Source: a virus
DNA length: 64,000 nucleotides
IMG/VR virus record: IMGVR_UViG_3300020463_000018
Span: 2,383 to 66,382 of that record
Direction: 5' to 3' (one strand)
A program made the position numbers and the translations under genes. Below, one piece after another: positions 29,881-39,794 of the stretch; positions within the stretch are counted from its first letter, which is position 1, and every line of letters begins with the position of its first letter. The notes under the pieces are model-generated. The model did not search any database, was not told where the DNA came from, and worked only from the letters and a program-made list of their open reading frames with translations.

Positions 29881-30852
29881 ATGGCACCACAGAGTTACTT
29901 ATTAGGAGGAAAAGTCCGTGCAACCGACTACAATGGATTTGCAAATGATATCAATGAAATTGTGGGGATCGGTGCTGGAGACTCTGGCTATGGCCAGAAC
30001 CAATTAGTAATTCCAACAGTTGCCTCAGGCACAAAAGTCAATGCATCACATATGCAGTTACTCCTAACTGCACTAAAGTTTGCGGGAAGGCATCAGGGAA
30101 CAACTATTGTATCACCAGAAGATACTAATAGCCCTGATTTCCCAGCAATCGGACAGTTAATTAAAATTATTCCAGATTTAGAATCAGACATTACAAATGT
30201 TCGTTCTAATAAATTAAATTTTGACATTGCGTTTATGACGGTTAATCAAAATGTCATTTCTTCCACAAGAACTTACGTACCTACAGGACAGGTCGGAGAT
30301 ACTTGGGACTCAACCGTCACATATGAAGTATCTGTTATCTTTACAGATTCAGATGCTAGAAGACACTATTTCAATACAGGTGGGGACTTAAGAGTCAATG
30401 CATCATTTGTTGCATCTGGCACTGACTCCCAAAGTTTAGACTGGCAGGCTTTATTTCAAGCAGTAGGTATGGTAAAAATCAGTCATAATGTTACGGAAGC
30501 TACCGGCGGTGTCGGTACTCCTGCAGGCGGTTTTACTAGTCTAACTTCAACGTATCAAAAACTATACGAGAAAGCAGGTGGCGTCGGAGGTTCGGGCTAC
30601 TATGCGAATAACAAATATGAAGTAAATGCTAGACTAAACGGATCTAATGCCATTGATTTACGTTTAGATTTTAAAGATACACACATTGCTGACACTGGTA
30701 ATTTCTTTCCCAGTGGACCGTGGACTGGTCAAGACTACGTAGCAGGCACATTATCCGCACAAATTGATTTAAGTCGTGCAGATGATAATGATGCATCTGG
30801 CAATGGTGTTGTAATCCCAGCTCCTACATTCTCTCATATTTCACAACTTTAG
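29881..30852 (+). CDS. Putative tail fibre/virion structural protein (paralogue B)
   Basis: GYGQ and RHYFNTGGDLRVNAS..DWQAL; paralogous to 28937-29842. Confidence 0.55.
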   Translation: MAPQSYLLGGKVRATDYNGFANDINEIVGIGAGDSGYGQNQLVIPTVASGTKVNASHMQLLLTALKFAGRHQGTTIVSPEDTNSPDFPAIGQLIKIIPDLESDITNVRSNKLNFDIAFMTVNQNVISSTRTYVPTGQVGDTWDSTVTYEVSVIFTDSDARRHYFNTGGDLRVNASFVASGTDSQSLDWQALFQAVGMVKISHNVTEATGGVGTPAGGFTSLTSTYQKLYEKAGGVGGSGYYANNKYEVNARLNGSNAIDLRLDFKDTHIADTGNFFPSGPWTGQDYVAGTLSAQIDLSRADDNDASGNGVVIPAPTFSHISQL

Positions 30853-30854
30853 TA

Positions 30855-30883
30855 TTGACAATCGTTGATTTTTCCTGTATTAT
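30855..30883 (+). promoter_or_regulatory. Sigma70-type promoter heading the glycosyltransferase/radical SAM operon
   Basis: TTGACA-17 nt-TATTAT, then AAGGAG RBS and ATG 30908. Confidence 0.7.
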
Positions 30884-30907
30884 TAAAAGAATACAAGGAG
30901 TATAACC

Positions 30908-31285
30908 ATGTCTAATAATACTACACCCTCTCCTGAACAATTAGAGAGGCTAGAGAATGCATTGAATTTTTCTAATACAATGCAGACTTTTAATTTAAAT
31001 AAGAACAATCTAAAAGTAAAAACTCAAAATCTTCTTAACTTTAGTGCTTATGGTGGTACATTTAAAGTATCACAAGAACTAATAGGATTTATGAAATTTG
31101 TTGTAGACTCTGAAAAAGATACAACTGTAATCCTAGATAAGAATGATATACCAATTAGAATTGAAGATACAAAGAAATTTCTTGAAGATATATCAAGTCT
31201 ATACTTTGAATCTGTTAATGAATACTATAATGACTATCAGAAACTAAGAAGTTCAAGAAAGATTGAGAAGGTACTAGAAATTTAA
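30908..31285 (+). CDS. Hypothetical protein (first gene of the modification operon)
   Basis: Strong RBS; GGTFKVSQELI..ILDKNDIPI. Confidence 0.75.
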   Translation: MSNNTTPSPEQLERLENALNFSNTMQTFNLNKNNLKVKTQNLLNFSAYGGTFKVSQELIGFMKFVVDSEKDTTVILDKNDIPIRIEDTKKFLEDISSLYFESVNEYYNDYQKLRSSRKIEKVLEI

Positions 31286-31286
31286 T

Positions 31287-32162
31287 ATGAGCAAAGGTAT
31301 TATAATCTTTGCATCAAATAATGGTCTTATTGATTACATAAAAATAGCTTGTGCAAGTTCAGGGTTTGCTAGAAAAAATTTATCAGGATTTGACGAAATC
31401 TGTTTAATAACAGATAGCTTTTCATTAAAAAATAATAAAGAACTTATCGAAAAATATTTCGATAGAACCATTGTTCAAGATGCAGTAGAACAAGAAGGAA
31501 ATATTCGTTTGTTTAAAGATGGCGGCACTGGTAATTCAGAGTACGCACCATTTATAAACAAGACAAGAGGAGATGTATATTCTTTATCTCCTTACGATGA
31601 AAGTTTGGTTATCGATTGTGATTACTTTATAATGAGTAACACACTTGACCAAGTATGGGGTAGTGAAAACGACTTCATGATTAATTGTCAGTATAGGGAT
31701 GTTGCCGGGAGACATGGCGGTAACGTTTCCTATATTGACGATTTTTCGATTCCAATGTATTGGGCAACAGTTTTCTATTTTAGAAAATCTGATTATACAA
31801 AGAACTTGTTTTCGCTAATTGAACATATCAAAGACAATTACAAATACTATTATTTCTTATATAATTGTGCAGGCACTTTATATAGAAATGACTTTTCATT
31901 TTCTATGGCAATACATATCATTAATGGAACAGTAACATCTAATGCACCTTCATTGCCTATTGACTATCTTAATAATAGTTTTGACTTAGATGAAGTGTTT
32001 AGAGTAAACAACAATAAAGATATTCTTATGTTTTGTGCTAAACCTGAAAACACAAATCAACATATACTTGCAAAGTTTAATAACACAGATATTCATATAA
32101 TGAATAAAAAATCTATTGAAAGAGTTATTGATGATTTCTTAGATAATGGGAGTACCATATGA
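31287..32162 (+). CDS. GT-A-fold glycosyltransferase-like protein
   Basis: LSPYDESLVIDCD (DxD); YWATVFYF; RNDFSFSMA. Confidence 0.65.
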   Translation: MSKGIIIFASNNGLIDYIKIACASSGFARKNLSGFDEICLITDSFSLKNNKELIEKYFDRTIVQDAVEQEGNIRLFKDGGTGNSEYAPFINKTRGDVYSLSPYDESLVIDCDYFIMSNTLDQVWGSENDFMINCQYRDVAGRHGGNVSYIDDFSIPMYWATVFYFRKSDYTKNLFSLIEHIKDNYKYYYFLYNCAGTLYRNDFSFSMAIHIINGTVTSNAPSLPIDYLNNSFDLDEVFRVNNNKDILMFCAKPENTNQHILAKFNNTDIHIMNKKSIERVIDDFLDNGSTI

Positions 32163-33019
32163 GTAGAGGTTATATAGCTATCGCACAAAACAATAGAGAG
32201 CATGACTATTTAAAACTAGCATATGCAATGGCTTTAAGTTTGAAAGCAACACAAAAAGAAAATCAATTCTGTATTTGTGTAGACGAAGCTACAAAGTCTT
32301 CTATGCCTGACAAGTACAAAGAAGTGTTTGACCATGTTGTTGATATCCCATGGAACGATGATGCTGGTTCAAATCAATGGAAGATTCATAACAAGTGGAA
32401 GTATGTACACATGACACCTTTCAAAGAATCTATTATACTAGATACAGACATGGTGTTTACTCATTCAGTAGACCATTGGTGGGATTATCTTTCTAAGAAA
32501 GATGTATGGGTATGTACAAATGTAAAAACATTTAGAAATGAAGATGTAGATAGTGATTACTACAGAAAGAAGTTTACAGAATTAAATTTACCAAACGTAT
32601 ATAGTAACTTTACATATTTTAAAGAGTCGCAAATGACTTTTGAGTTCTTTCGTATGGTAGAAATTATCATGACACATTGGAATGTATATTATGATAAGTT
32701 TATGAAAGGTGTAGGACAAAACTGGATGAGTGCAGATTTGGCTTATGCGTTAGCAGTAAGATTATTAGATATTGAAGATGATGTTTGTGATTATGATATC
32801 AAAGATGTCCCTACATTTATACACATGAAAAGTTTTATACAGAATATTCCTAGTCACAAGATATCTAGTAACTGGACACAAAATATAACAAGTCATTTAT
32901 CAAATGATTTAAGAGTTAGAGTAGCTAACTTTGAACAATCTTTGCCTTTTCATTACGTTGAAAAGTCTTGGATGACTGATACAAAAATAGAACAGTACGA
33001 AAGGTTTTTAAACATATGA
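32159..33019 (+). CDS. GT-A-fold glycosyltransferase-like protein (paralogue)
   Basis: NKWK..TPFKESIILDTD (DxD); FIHMK; PFHYVEK. Confidence 0.65.
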   Translation: MSRGYIAIAQNNREHDYLKLAYAMALSLKATQKENQFCICVDEATKSSMPDKYKEVFDHVVDIPWNDDAGSNQWKIHNKWKYVHMTPFKESIILDTDMVFTHSVDHWWDYLSKKDVWVCTNVKTFRNEDVDSDYYRKKFTELNLPNVYSNFTYFKESQMTFEFFRMVEIIMTHWNVYYDKFMKGVGQNWMSADLAYALAVRLLDIEDDVCDYDIKDVPTFIHMKSFIQNIPSHKISSNWTQNITSHLSNDLRVRVANFEQSLPFHYVEKSWMTDTKIEQYERFLNI

Positions 33020-33600
33020 AAATTTTAAGTACAAAATATGAAGAAAATAAAAAGTTAAGAGTAGTAACTTTCGATAGTACTGGTAAGATAATTGAAATAT
33101 CTTCACGTGAACCAAAAGATGACAATCTATTATTTGCATACTTTGAACTAGATGATGTCAAAGACTTTATGACAGGTGAAGCAAGATTATCAGACCACTT
33201 GATTAAAAAGACAGACGATGTTTTTACTTACGAAATAATTAAAACAAAAGTTACTATCAAAAAAAGAATTGTTGAAAGTCAATTATACATGATTGACAAA
33301 CAAGAAAAAGCAGAATTAGATATTACATTTGATGGTGAGTATCTAGTTTTTAAACCTAGTAAAGAATTAAAAGAAAGTACCGACGTAGATGCATCACAAA
33401 ATGTAACAATCGCAGGAAAAGATTCTCATGTATTTTTTATTACATACGAAGGAAAGCCTGAACATTTAATACAAACAATACGTATTCCTTTTTCTGAATT
33501 GCTTTCGTCCTCAGTTTCTATTAAATTCGACTATAATAAATACAGTATAAGTTTATACACCCAGAAGTTTCTGGAAACATATTCATTCAGGAGATTATAA
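33016..33600 (+). CDS. Hypothetical protein
   Basis: 194-aa ORF with overlapping start/stop codons on both sides. Confidence 0.75.
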   Translation: MKILSTKYEENKKLRVVTFDSTGKIIEISSREPKDDNLLFAYFELDDVKDFMTGEARLSDHLIKKTDDVFTYEIIKTKVTIKKRIVESQLYMIDKQEKAELDITFDGEYLVFKPSKELKESTDVDASQNVTIAGKDSHVFFITYEGKPEHLIQTIRIPFSELLSSSVSIKFDYNKYSISLYTQKFLETYSFRRL

Positions 33601-34574
33601 TGAAACTTGAAATTGGCGAACTAGATGTATTCTATTTAAGCTATGACGAACCCAATAAAGAAGAACATTGGGCAGATATTATCAGTAAATTTCCTTTTGC
33701 TAAAAGAGTAGATGGCGTAAAGGGATTTGACAATGCACACAAAGAATGTGCAAAACAAAGTGACACAGATAGATTTATTACTATCGATGGTGACAATATT
33801 GTTGAAGAAAAATTCTTTGACATTGAACTAACATTCCCAGAAGAAACAGACTTAGCAAATTCTGTTGTTTCTTGGTCAGCTAAAAACATGACTAACGGTC
33901 TTGTCTATGGTAACGGAGGCATTAAGTGTTGGCCTGTGCAGTTAGTTTTAGATATGAAGACCCATGAAAATGCAGAAGACGAAACAAAGAAAGTAGACTT
34001 TTGTTGGGACTTGAATTATATTCAGATGAATAACATTTATTCACGTGTGTTTAATTCAGGGTCTCCTTTTCAAGCCTTTCGTGCAGGATATCGTGAAGGT
34101 GTTAAGATGTCACTTGACGAAGGTAAAAGAGTACCTATTGAAGAATTTAAGAAACGTATATGGCCTAAAAACTATGAACGTTTGATTACATGGTGCAACA
34201 TCGGTGCAGATGTAGAGAACGGTTTATGGGCATGTTATGGTGCAAGACTAGGTGCATATGACGTAAATCTAAACAATGATTTTATACTTGAATGGATTTC
34301 AAGCTATGATTGGTTCAAAGAATATTTTGAAAACACAATATTTCCTAAGTTCGAAGGCGGAGATATGAAGTGTGATAAGACTAAATTAGTTTGGGACTAT
34401 GATAAATTATTTGATGAAAGTGTAAGAATAGGCGACATACTTGAAGATAAAATCGGTATGGAACTTTGCGATCCTACTCCTGAGGTTGCAAGATTCTTTA
34501 AACGTGTATATGTCAACCCTCCAAGAGTAAACAATCCACTAGCAACAGAAAAGCAAACTGGATGGGATAAGTAA
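33600..34574 (+). CDS. Glycosyltransferase-like protein (GT-A)
   Basis: SYDEP, RVDGVKGFDNAH, FITIDGD (DxD), NGLVYGNGG, QAFRAGYREGVK. Confidence 0.6.
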   Translation: MKLEIGELDVFYLSYDEPNKEEHWADIISKFPFAKRVDGVKGFDNAHKECAKQSDTDRFITIDGDNIVEEKFFDIELTFPEETDLANSVVSWSAKNMTNGLVYGNGGIKCWPVQLVLDMKTHENAEDETKKVDFCWDLNYIQMNNIYSRVFNSGSPFQAFRAGYREGVKMSLDEGKRVPIEEFKKRIWPKNYERLITWCNIGADVENGLWACYGARLGAYDVNLNNDFILEWISSYDWFKEYFENTIFPKFEGGDMKCDKTKLVWDYDKLFDESVRIGDILEDKIGMELCDPTPEVARFFKRVYVNPPRVNNPLATEKQTGWDK

Positions 34575-34580
34575 TTTTCA

Positions 34581-36149
34581 ATGGCTAATTATGATGATGA
34601 TGCGGTAGTTACCAGAGATAAACTAAACGCATTATCTCCATCAATGTGTATGGCCAAGTGGCTACAAGTTAGTTTACACTTACCACAAGGCAGAACACAT
34701 AGTTGTTATCATCCACCGACACATCCTATTCCTTTAGCTGAACTTAAAAAGGATGTTAATGCATTACACAATACCACATTCAAACTAGAAGAAAGAAAGC
34801 AAATGAAATGTGGCGACCGTCCTGAAGGTTGTCAATATTGCTGGAACGTTGAAGATGCACCTGATGCCCCAAAGGGTGGTAGACTAAGTGATAGACATTA
34901 TCGTTCAAGTGAATGGTGGGTAAAAGAAGTATGGGATGAAGTAGTTAATAATCCATGGGATCATAACATAACTCCTAGATATGTTGAGGTAAACTTTAAT
35001 CAAGCATGTAATCTAAAGTGTAGTTATTGTTCACCGCACTTATCTACTGCATGGGAAGATGATATCAAAAAGCATGGAGGCTTTCGTTTTAGCAACGGCA
35101 CAGGTCATAATGATATAGATTATTTGCGTAAGACTGGTCTTATGCCTTTAGAAGTAGCACGTAAAGACAATCCTTATATCGAAGCATTTTGGAAATGGTT
35201 TCCACAGATATACAGAGACTTAAAAGTTTTTCGTATGACAGGCGGCGAACCGTTAATGGATAAAAACACTTTTAAAGTATTTGATTATGTAAATCAAAAT
35301 CCAAATCCTTTTTTAGATTTAAGCATTACATCAAATATGTCTCCTCCACAGGATGCATTGTTTGAAAAATTTATTGATAAAATAAAAGCATGTGAAGAAC
35401 CTCGTGTATGGGAAGATCCAGAAAGATTTAATCCTGATAGTGGTAATCATTGGTATGTTGCTCCTGCATACAAACATTTTAGTTTATATGTTAGTGTTGA
35501 TGGTGTAGGAAAACAAGCTGAATACATGCGTGATGGTTTAGACTTTGACAAAATGTACAATAATTGTCGCAGAGTATTAAGTGAAACTGATGGTACAGAG
35601 ATTTCTTTTATTAATACTTTTCAATTATTAAGTATACCAAACTTACGTGGGTTTTTACAAATGGTCTTAGACTTACGTGAAGAATTTGGATATGAAAATC
35701 AACAAGACAAAATTATACAACCGCCTGACCATCATGGTTACAAACACCCACCTTTTGTTAGAAAGAAACGTCAACGTATTTGGTTTGATATTCCGTATCT
35801 AAGATACCCTGATTGGATGACGATACAGTTAGCAGACCACGAAATGTTAGATAGCATAGAAAAAAACGTTGAGTTCATGAAAGAAAATGTTTTACCTAAT
35901 GATTTGTATGGTAGAAAGTATACAGGATTTAAAAACTATGAAGTTTTAAAGCTAGAACGAGATTTGGCATGGGCTCGACAAGGGCTAAATATGAATGATG
36001 ATGAGTTAACAACCCAGCTGGTACGTTTCTATGAATATTTTACAGAATATGATAGACGTAGAGGTTTAAACTTTTTAGAAGCCTTTCCAAATATGAAAGA
36101 TTTTTGGAACGAAGCTAAAGAATTGTATGAGGAAAAATATGGATCTTAA
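34581..36149 (+). CDS. Radical SAM protein with N-terminal twitch domain
   Basis: CNLKCSYC; GGEP; N-terminal CxxKW...SCYH...CQYCW. Confidence 0.9.
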   Translation: MANYDDDAVVTRDKLNALSPSMCMAKWLQVSLHLPQGRTHSCYHPPTHPIPLAELKKDVNALHNTTFKLEERKQMKCGDRPEGCQYCWNVEDAPDAPKGGRLSDRHYRSSEWWVKEVWDEVVNNPWDHNITPRYVEVNFNQACNLKCSYCSPHLSTAWEDDIKKHGGFRFSNGTGHNDIDYLRKTGLMPLEVARKDNPYIEAFWKWFPQIYRDLKVFRMTGGEPLMDKNTFKVFDYVNQNPNPFLDLSITSNMSPPQDALFEKFIDKIKACEEPRVWEDPERFNPDSGNHWYVAPAYKHFSLYVSVDGVGKQAEYMRDGLDFDKMYNNCRRVLSETDGTEISFINTFQLLSIPNLRGFLQMVLDLREEFGYENQQDKIIQPPDHHGYKHPPFVRKKRQRIWFDIPYLRYPDWMTIQLADHEMLDSIEKNVEFMKENVLPNDLYGRKYTGFKNYEVLKLERDLAWARQGLNMNDDELTTQLVRFYEYFTEYDRRRGLNFLEAFPNMKDFWNEAKELYEEKYGS

Positions 36150-37542
36150 GGCACACATGAATTCAAATACTTTCTGTGCATTGACATGGATGCATACAAG
36201 TTCCGAACCATATGGAACTTGTAGAAGTTGTTGTATTGCCCGTGAACATATTAAAGATGATAAGGGTAATATCTTGTCTTTAGCAGATTACAGTATTACA
36301 GAAGTTCTTAATAGTCCTTATATGCAAAAATTACGTACTGATATGTTAAGAGGACAAAAGCCTAAGCAGTGTCAGACATGTTGGGAAGACGAAGATAACG
36401 GCAAAGAAAGTAAAAGACTTTTATATAATAGAATGATAAAAGACTTTGGATTTAAAATTAACAATGCAGTTGATAATTGTAGACCAAGAGATGTACAAAT
36501 TAATATAGGTAATACTTGTAATTTAAAATGTAGAACATGTTCGCCTGTTTGTTCATCTAAGTGGGTAAAAGAATGGAAAGATAGAGACAGAAAGATTTGG
36601 AAACCTGAAATAAATGTTAACATGAATGATTATGATAATAGTAAGTTCTGGTTAGATATTGATGGCTGGTCAAAGACAGTGCAAAGAATGGAAATAATGG
36701 GTGGTGAGCCTTTCTACAACAAGAGTTTTAAAAGACTTGTACATAGATTAATTGATAATGGTTCAAGTAAGAATATTAGTTTAAATCTAAGTACAAATGG
36801 TACAATATATGATGATGAGTTGATGAGACTTATGCTGAAAAACTTTAAAGCAATAGGTGTAAATGTAAGTATTGATGGTGTATATGAACACTTTGATTAT
36901 ATAAGACATGGTGTTGCATGGGAAAAAGTGAAACAAAACTTAGATGACTTTTTTAAATTGTATGCAGACCAACATCAGTATAAAGAACCTAATGGTTATT
37001 GGAAAATGAATATGAGTTATACAGTAACTATAGGATTATTAAACGTACATTACTTGAGAGACATACACGAATTTTTTGAAAAGAATTACATAAACAAAAC
37101 TGGAATAGCTAATCATTATCGTGGGCAAAAAGAAAATGCTTTAGAAGGAGATAGGCAAGTTCCTAGACTTGAGATATGGAACAATGTTGTATACTATCCA
37201 AGTTACTATAGTTCAAATAATATGCCAGAAGAAATTAAAGATAAAGTATTACATAGAGTTACTAACCCAGAAGATTATGGGTTAAGAAAATGGCACCCTG
37301 ATACGTACAATAATAATATTGTACCAATCATAAATCACACTAAAAGAAAAGGCGGTGACAAAGAATGGATGGCATTTGTAAACGAAACGATACACACAGA
37401 TTCATATAGAAAAGAAAAGTTTGAAACAACATTTAAAGAATTATTTAAGATATATAAGCCCTATTGGTTAGAGGCTATGAAAGAAATAACAACTCCCCAG
37501 GCTCAATTTAAAATTGAAGCACTAGCTGAGAATAAAGGATAG
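36139..37542 (+). CDS. Radical SAM protein with N-terminal twitch domain
   Basis: CNLKCRTC; GGEP; N-terminal CALTW...SCC...CQTCW. Confidence 0.9.
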   Translation: MDLKAHMNSNTFCALTWMHTSSEPYGTCRSCCIAREHIKDDKGNILSLADYSITEVLNSPYMQKLRTDMLRGQKPKQCQTCWEDEDNGKESKRLLYNRMIKDFGFKINNAVDNCRPRDVQINIGNTCNLKCRTCSPVCSSKWVKEWKDRDRKIWKPEINVNMNDYDNSKFWLDIDGWSKTVQRMEIMGGEPFYNKSFKRLVHRLIDNGSSKNISLNLSTNGTIYDDELMRLMLKNFKAIGVNVSIDGVYEHFDYIRHGVAWEKVKQNLDDFFKLYADQHQYKEPNGYWKMNMSYTVTIGLLNVHYLRDIHEFFEKNYINKTGIANHYRGQKENALEGDRQVPRLEIWNNVVYYPSYYSSNNMPEEIKDKVLHRVTNPEDYGLRKWHPDTYNNNIVPIINHTKRKGGDKEWMAFVNETIHTDSYRKEKFETTFKELFKIYKPYWLEAMKEITTPQAQFKIEALAENKG

Positions 37543-37545
37543 TAA

Positions 37546-39093
37546 ATGCCAAGGCAGTGGAATAAAGGCGAAACGTTAGAGCAATACAAAGAACGTATGA
37601 TTGATTCGATAAGCGAATCATATTGTGCGGCTAAATGGTATAATGCTACTATCTGGCTAGGTCATGGACAGACTGCTAGTTGTCACCACCCACCAGGTCA
37701 TTGGATTCCTTTAGAAGAACTTAAAGACAACTATACTGCTATTCATAATACAAAGCATAAGAAACTTATGCGTAAGTATATGCAAGAAGGCAAGCGTCCT
37801 GCTGAGTGTGAGTATTGTTGGAAAGTTGAAGACATGGGTAAAGGCCATGTATCAGACCGTACATTTAAAACAGAAATTTTCAAAGACGAAGATATTCATA
37901 AGAGTGCAGAAATGCCATGGGACGAAAACGTTATGTTACGTACCTTAGAAATATCTTTTGATAGAGCATGTAACTTTTCTTGTTCGTATTGTAATCCTGC
38001 ATTTAGTACTGCATGGGTAAAAGACATTAACACATATGGCGGATATGAAAATATACAGAGTGACGGAAGAGGTCACTTTGTTGATACGGCAGAATGGGCA
38101 AAACCAGCCGCAAAACACGAAGAAGATAATCCTTATATTCAAGCCTTTCACAAATGGTGGGAGAATGGATTAGCAGATAATCTTGAAGAAATTCGTATTA
38201 CAGGTGGTGAGCCTATAATGCACAAAGGTACTTGGAAAATGTTTGATTGGTTTGAACAAAATCCTGATAGAGGTAGAAACATGCGTTTCGCAATCAATTC
38301 AAATCTTTGTCCTGCAAAACCAAAACTACTTGAAAGACTTATTGAGAAATCATGGTTTATTCCTAACTTAGAAATATATACTTCAATGGAAGCCACTAAG
38401 GATCAAGCAGAATATATTCGTGATGGTCTCGATTATGATTACTGGATAGAAAATATACATACAGTATTGAAAAAAGGAAACATACATAAGATGCACATGA
38501 TGATGACTATCAATTCATTGTGCTTAACAACTATTACAGAATTCATGGACGAAATGTTAGAGATACGTGATGAGTATGGGCAAAGGGCTCCTAGTATGAC
38601 ATTAAACATTTTACGTTTCCCATCTTTTCAGAGTGCGGCTATACTTCCTGAACACATTAAAACTTTCTACAAAGACAAGTTATATCGTTGGTTCAATAGC
38701 CCTAGACCACAGATGAAATTACATGACGGTGAGAAAGCAAGTGTACAAAGACTTATTGATTATCTTGATATCGTCAAAACTCCACACAAGAACACGGCAG
38801 AAACACCTAAACTCTATCACGACTTTAAAACGTTTTTTGAACAATACGATGTAAGAAGAAATAAAGATTTCAAAGAAACATTTAAGGGACCTATCGCAGA
38901 TTGGTATGAAACATTACAAGCAGACGTACCAACTAAAGAAGATATTCTTATCAAGAAAGATACAATAAAAATTTACAATAGAGCAGGTGACCCGGCAACT
39001 ACTGAATCATATGAAGGCGGCGATGACGTACATGAAAAAATAGGCGGATGGGATACTAAGAATGATGCTCTTGGTGGGGTGAAAGTTGAATGA
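37546..39093 (+). CDS. Radical SAM protein with N-terminal twitch domain
   Basis: CNFSCSYC; GGEP; N-terminal CAAKW...SCHH...CEYCW. Confidence 0.9.
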   Translation: MPRQWNKGETLEQYKERMIDSISESYCAAKWYNATIWLGHGQTASCHHPPGHWIPLEELKDNYTAIHNTKHKKLMRKYMQEGKRPAECEYCWKVEDMGKGHVSDRTFKTEIFKDEDIHKSAEMPWDENVMLRTLEISFDRACNFSCSYCNPAFSTAWVKDINTYGGYENIQSDGRGHFVDTAEWAKPAAKHEEDNPYIQAFHKWWENGLADNLEEIRITGGEPIMHKGTWKMFDWFEQNPDRGRNMRFAINSNLCPAKPKLLERLIEKSWFIPNLEIYTSMEATKDQAEYIRDGLDYDYWIENIHTVLKKGNIHKMHMMMTINSLCLTTITEFMDEMLEIRDEYGQRAPSMTLNILRFPSFQSAAILPEHIKTFYKDKLYRWFNSPRPQMKLHDGEKASVQRLIDYLDIVKTPHKNTAETPKLYHDFKTFFEQYDVRRNKDFKETFKGPIADWYETLQADVPTKEDILIKKDTIKIYNRAGDPATTESYEGGDDVHEKIGGWDTKNDALGGVKVE

Positions 39094-39794
39094 GAAAACA
39101 TCTAATAGTCTTTTATGGACGAACAGGAAGTACTCTTGTAGACCATCATGTATCAAGAAACAAATGCGATCCAGTATTTGAATTCTGGAATAACGGATTT
39201 GAATCAAGTGAAATACATGCAGATGAATATCAAATGTATTTTGATAAACTCAAACCTTTACAAATAGAATGGTCTATGAAGTATCATGTTATGACAGGTG
39301 CTCATGTTAAAGGTCTCCCTAAAAAAGATTACAAGATTAATTTAGATGAGTCAGATACATTTTTTAAAAAACTAAAAGTTACAAATTTACATTTTAGTTT
39401 TAGATTAGATTGTGTAGATACGATTTGTAGTCATATGATTGCAGATTTAGATAATACTTGGGTTGTTACAGATAACCAAGTAAAAACACATAAGAAAAGA
39501 CATATAGATCCTGAATACGTTAAGAATGTATGTAACGGATATAATCTTAGTTATAAACTTTATAATGAGTATGTAAAAAGATTTAAAGATGAATATGAAA
39601 TTGAATTCTATCCTTATGAAAAATTATATACAAAAATTGATATTGATAATGATCCTAGAGGAATGAGAAAACAATTAACGAAAGAAGAAAAAAGAAATTT
39701 AATTGAAAACTATGATGAAGTAGTTAAGATTGCTAAAGACTATCCTTTCTATCATGGTAAGATAAATGAAAACACTGGAGTGTTAGAAGTATGA
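39090..39794 (+). CDS. Sulfotransferase-like protein (Stf0-type)
   Basis: GRTGST PAPS loop; R..CVD..CS; YE.L; LIENYDEV. Confidence 0.65.
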   Translation: MRKHLIVFYGRTGSTLVDHHVSRNKCDPVFEFWNNGFESSEIHADEYQMYFDKLKPLQIEWSMKYHVMTGAHVKGLPKKDYKINLDESDTFFKKLKVTNLHFSFRLDCVDTICSHMIADLDNTWVVTDNQVKTHKKRHIDPEYVKNVCNGYNLSYKLYNEYVKRFKDEYEIEFYPYEKLYTKIDIDNDPRGMRKQLTKEEKRNLIENYDEVVKIAKDYPFYHGKINENTGVLEV

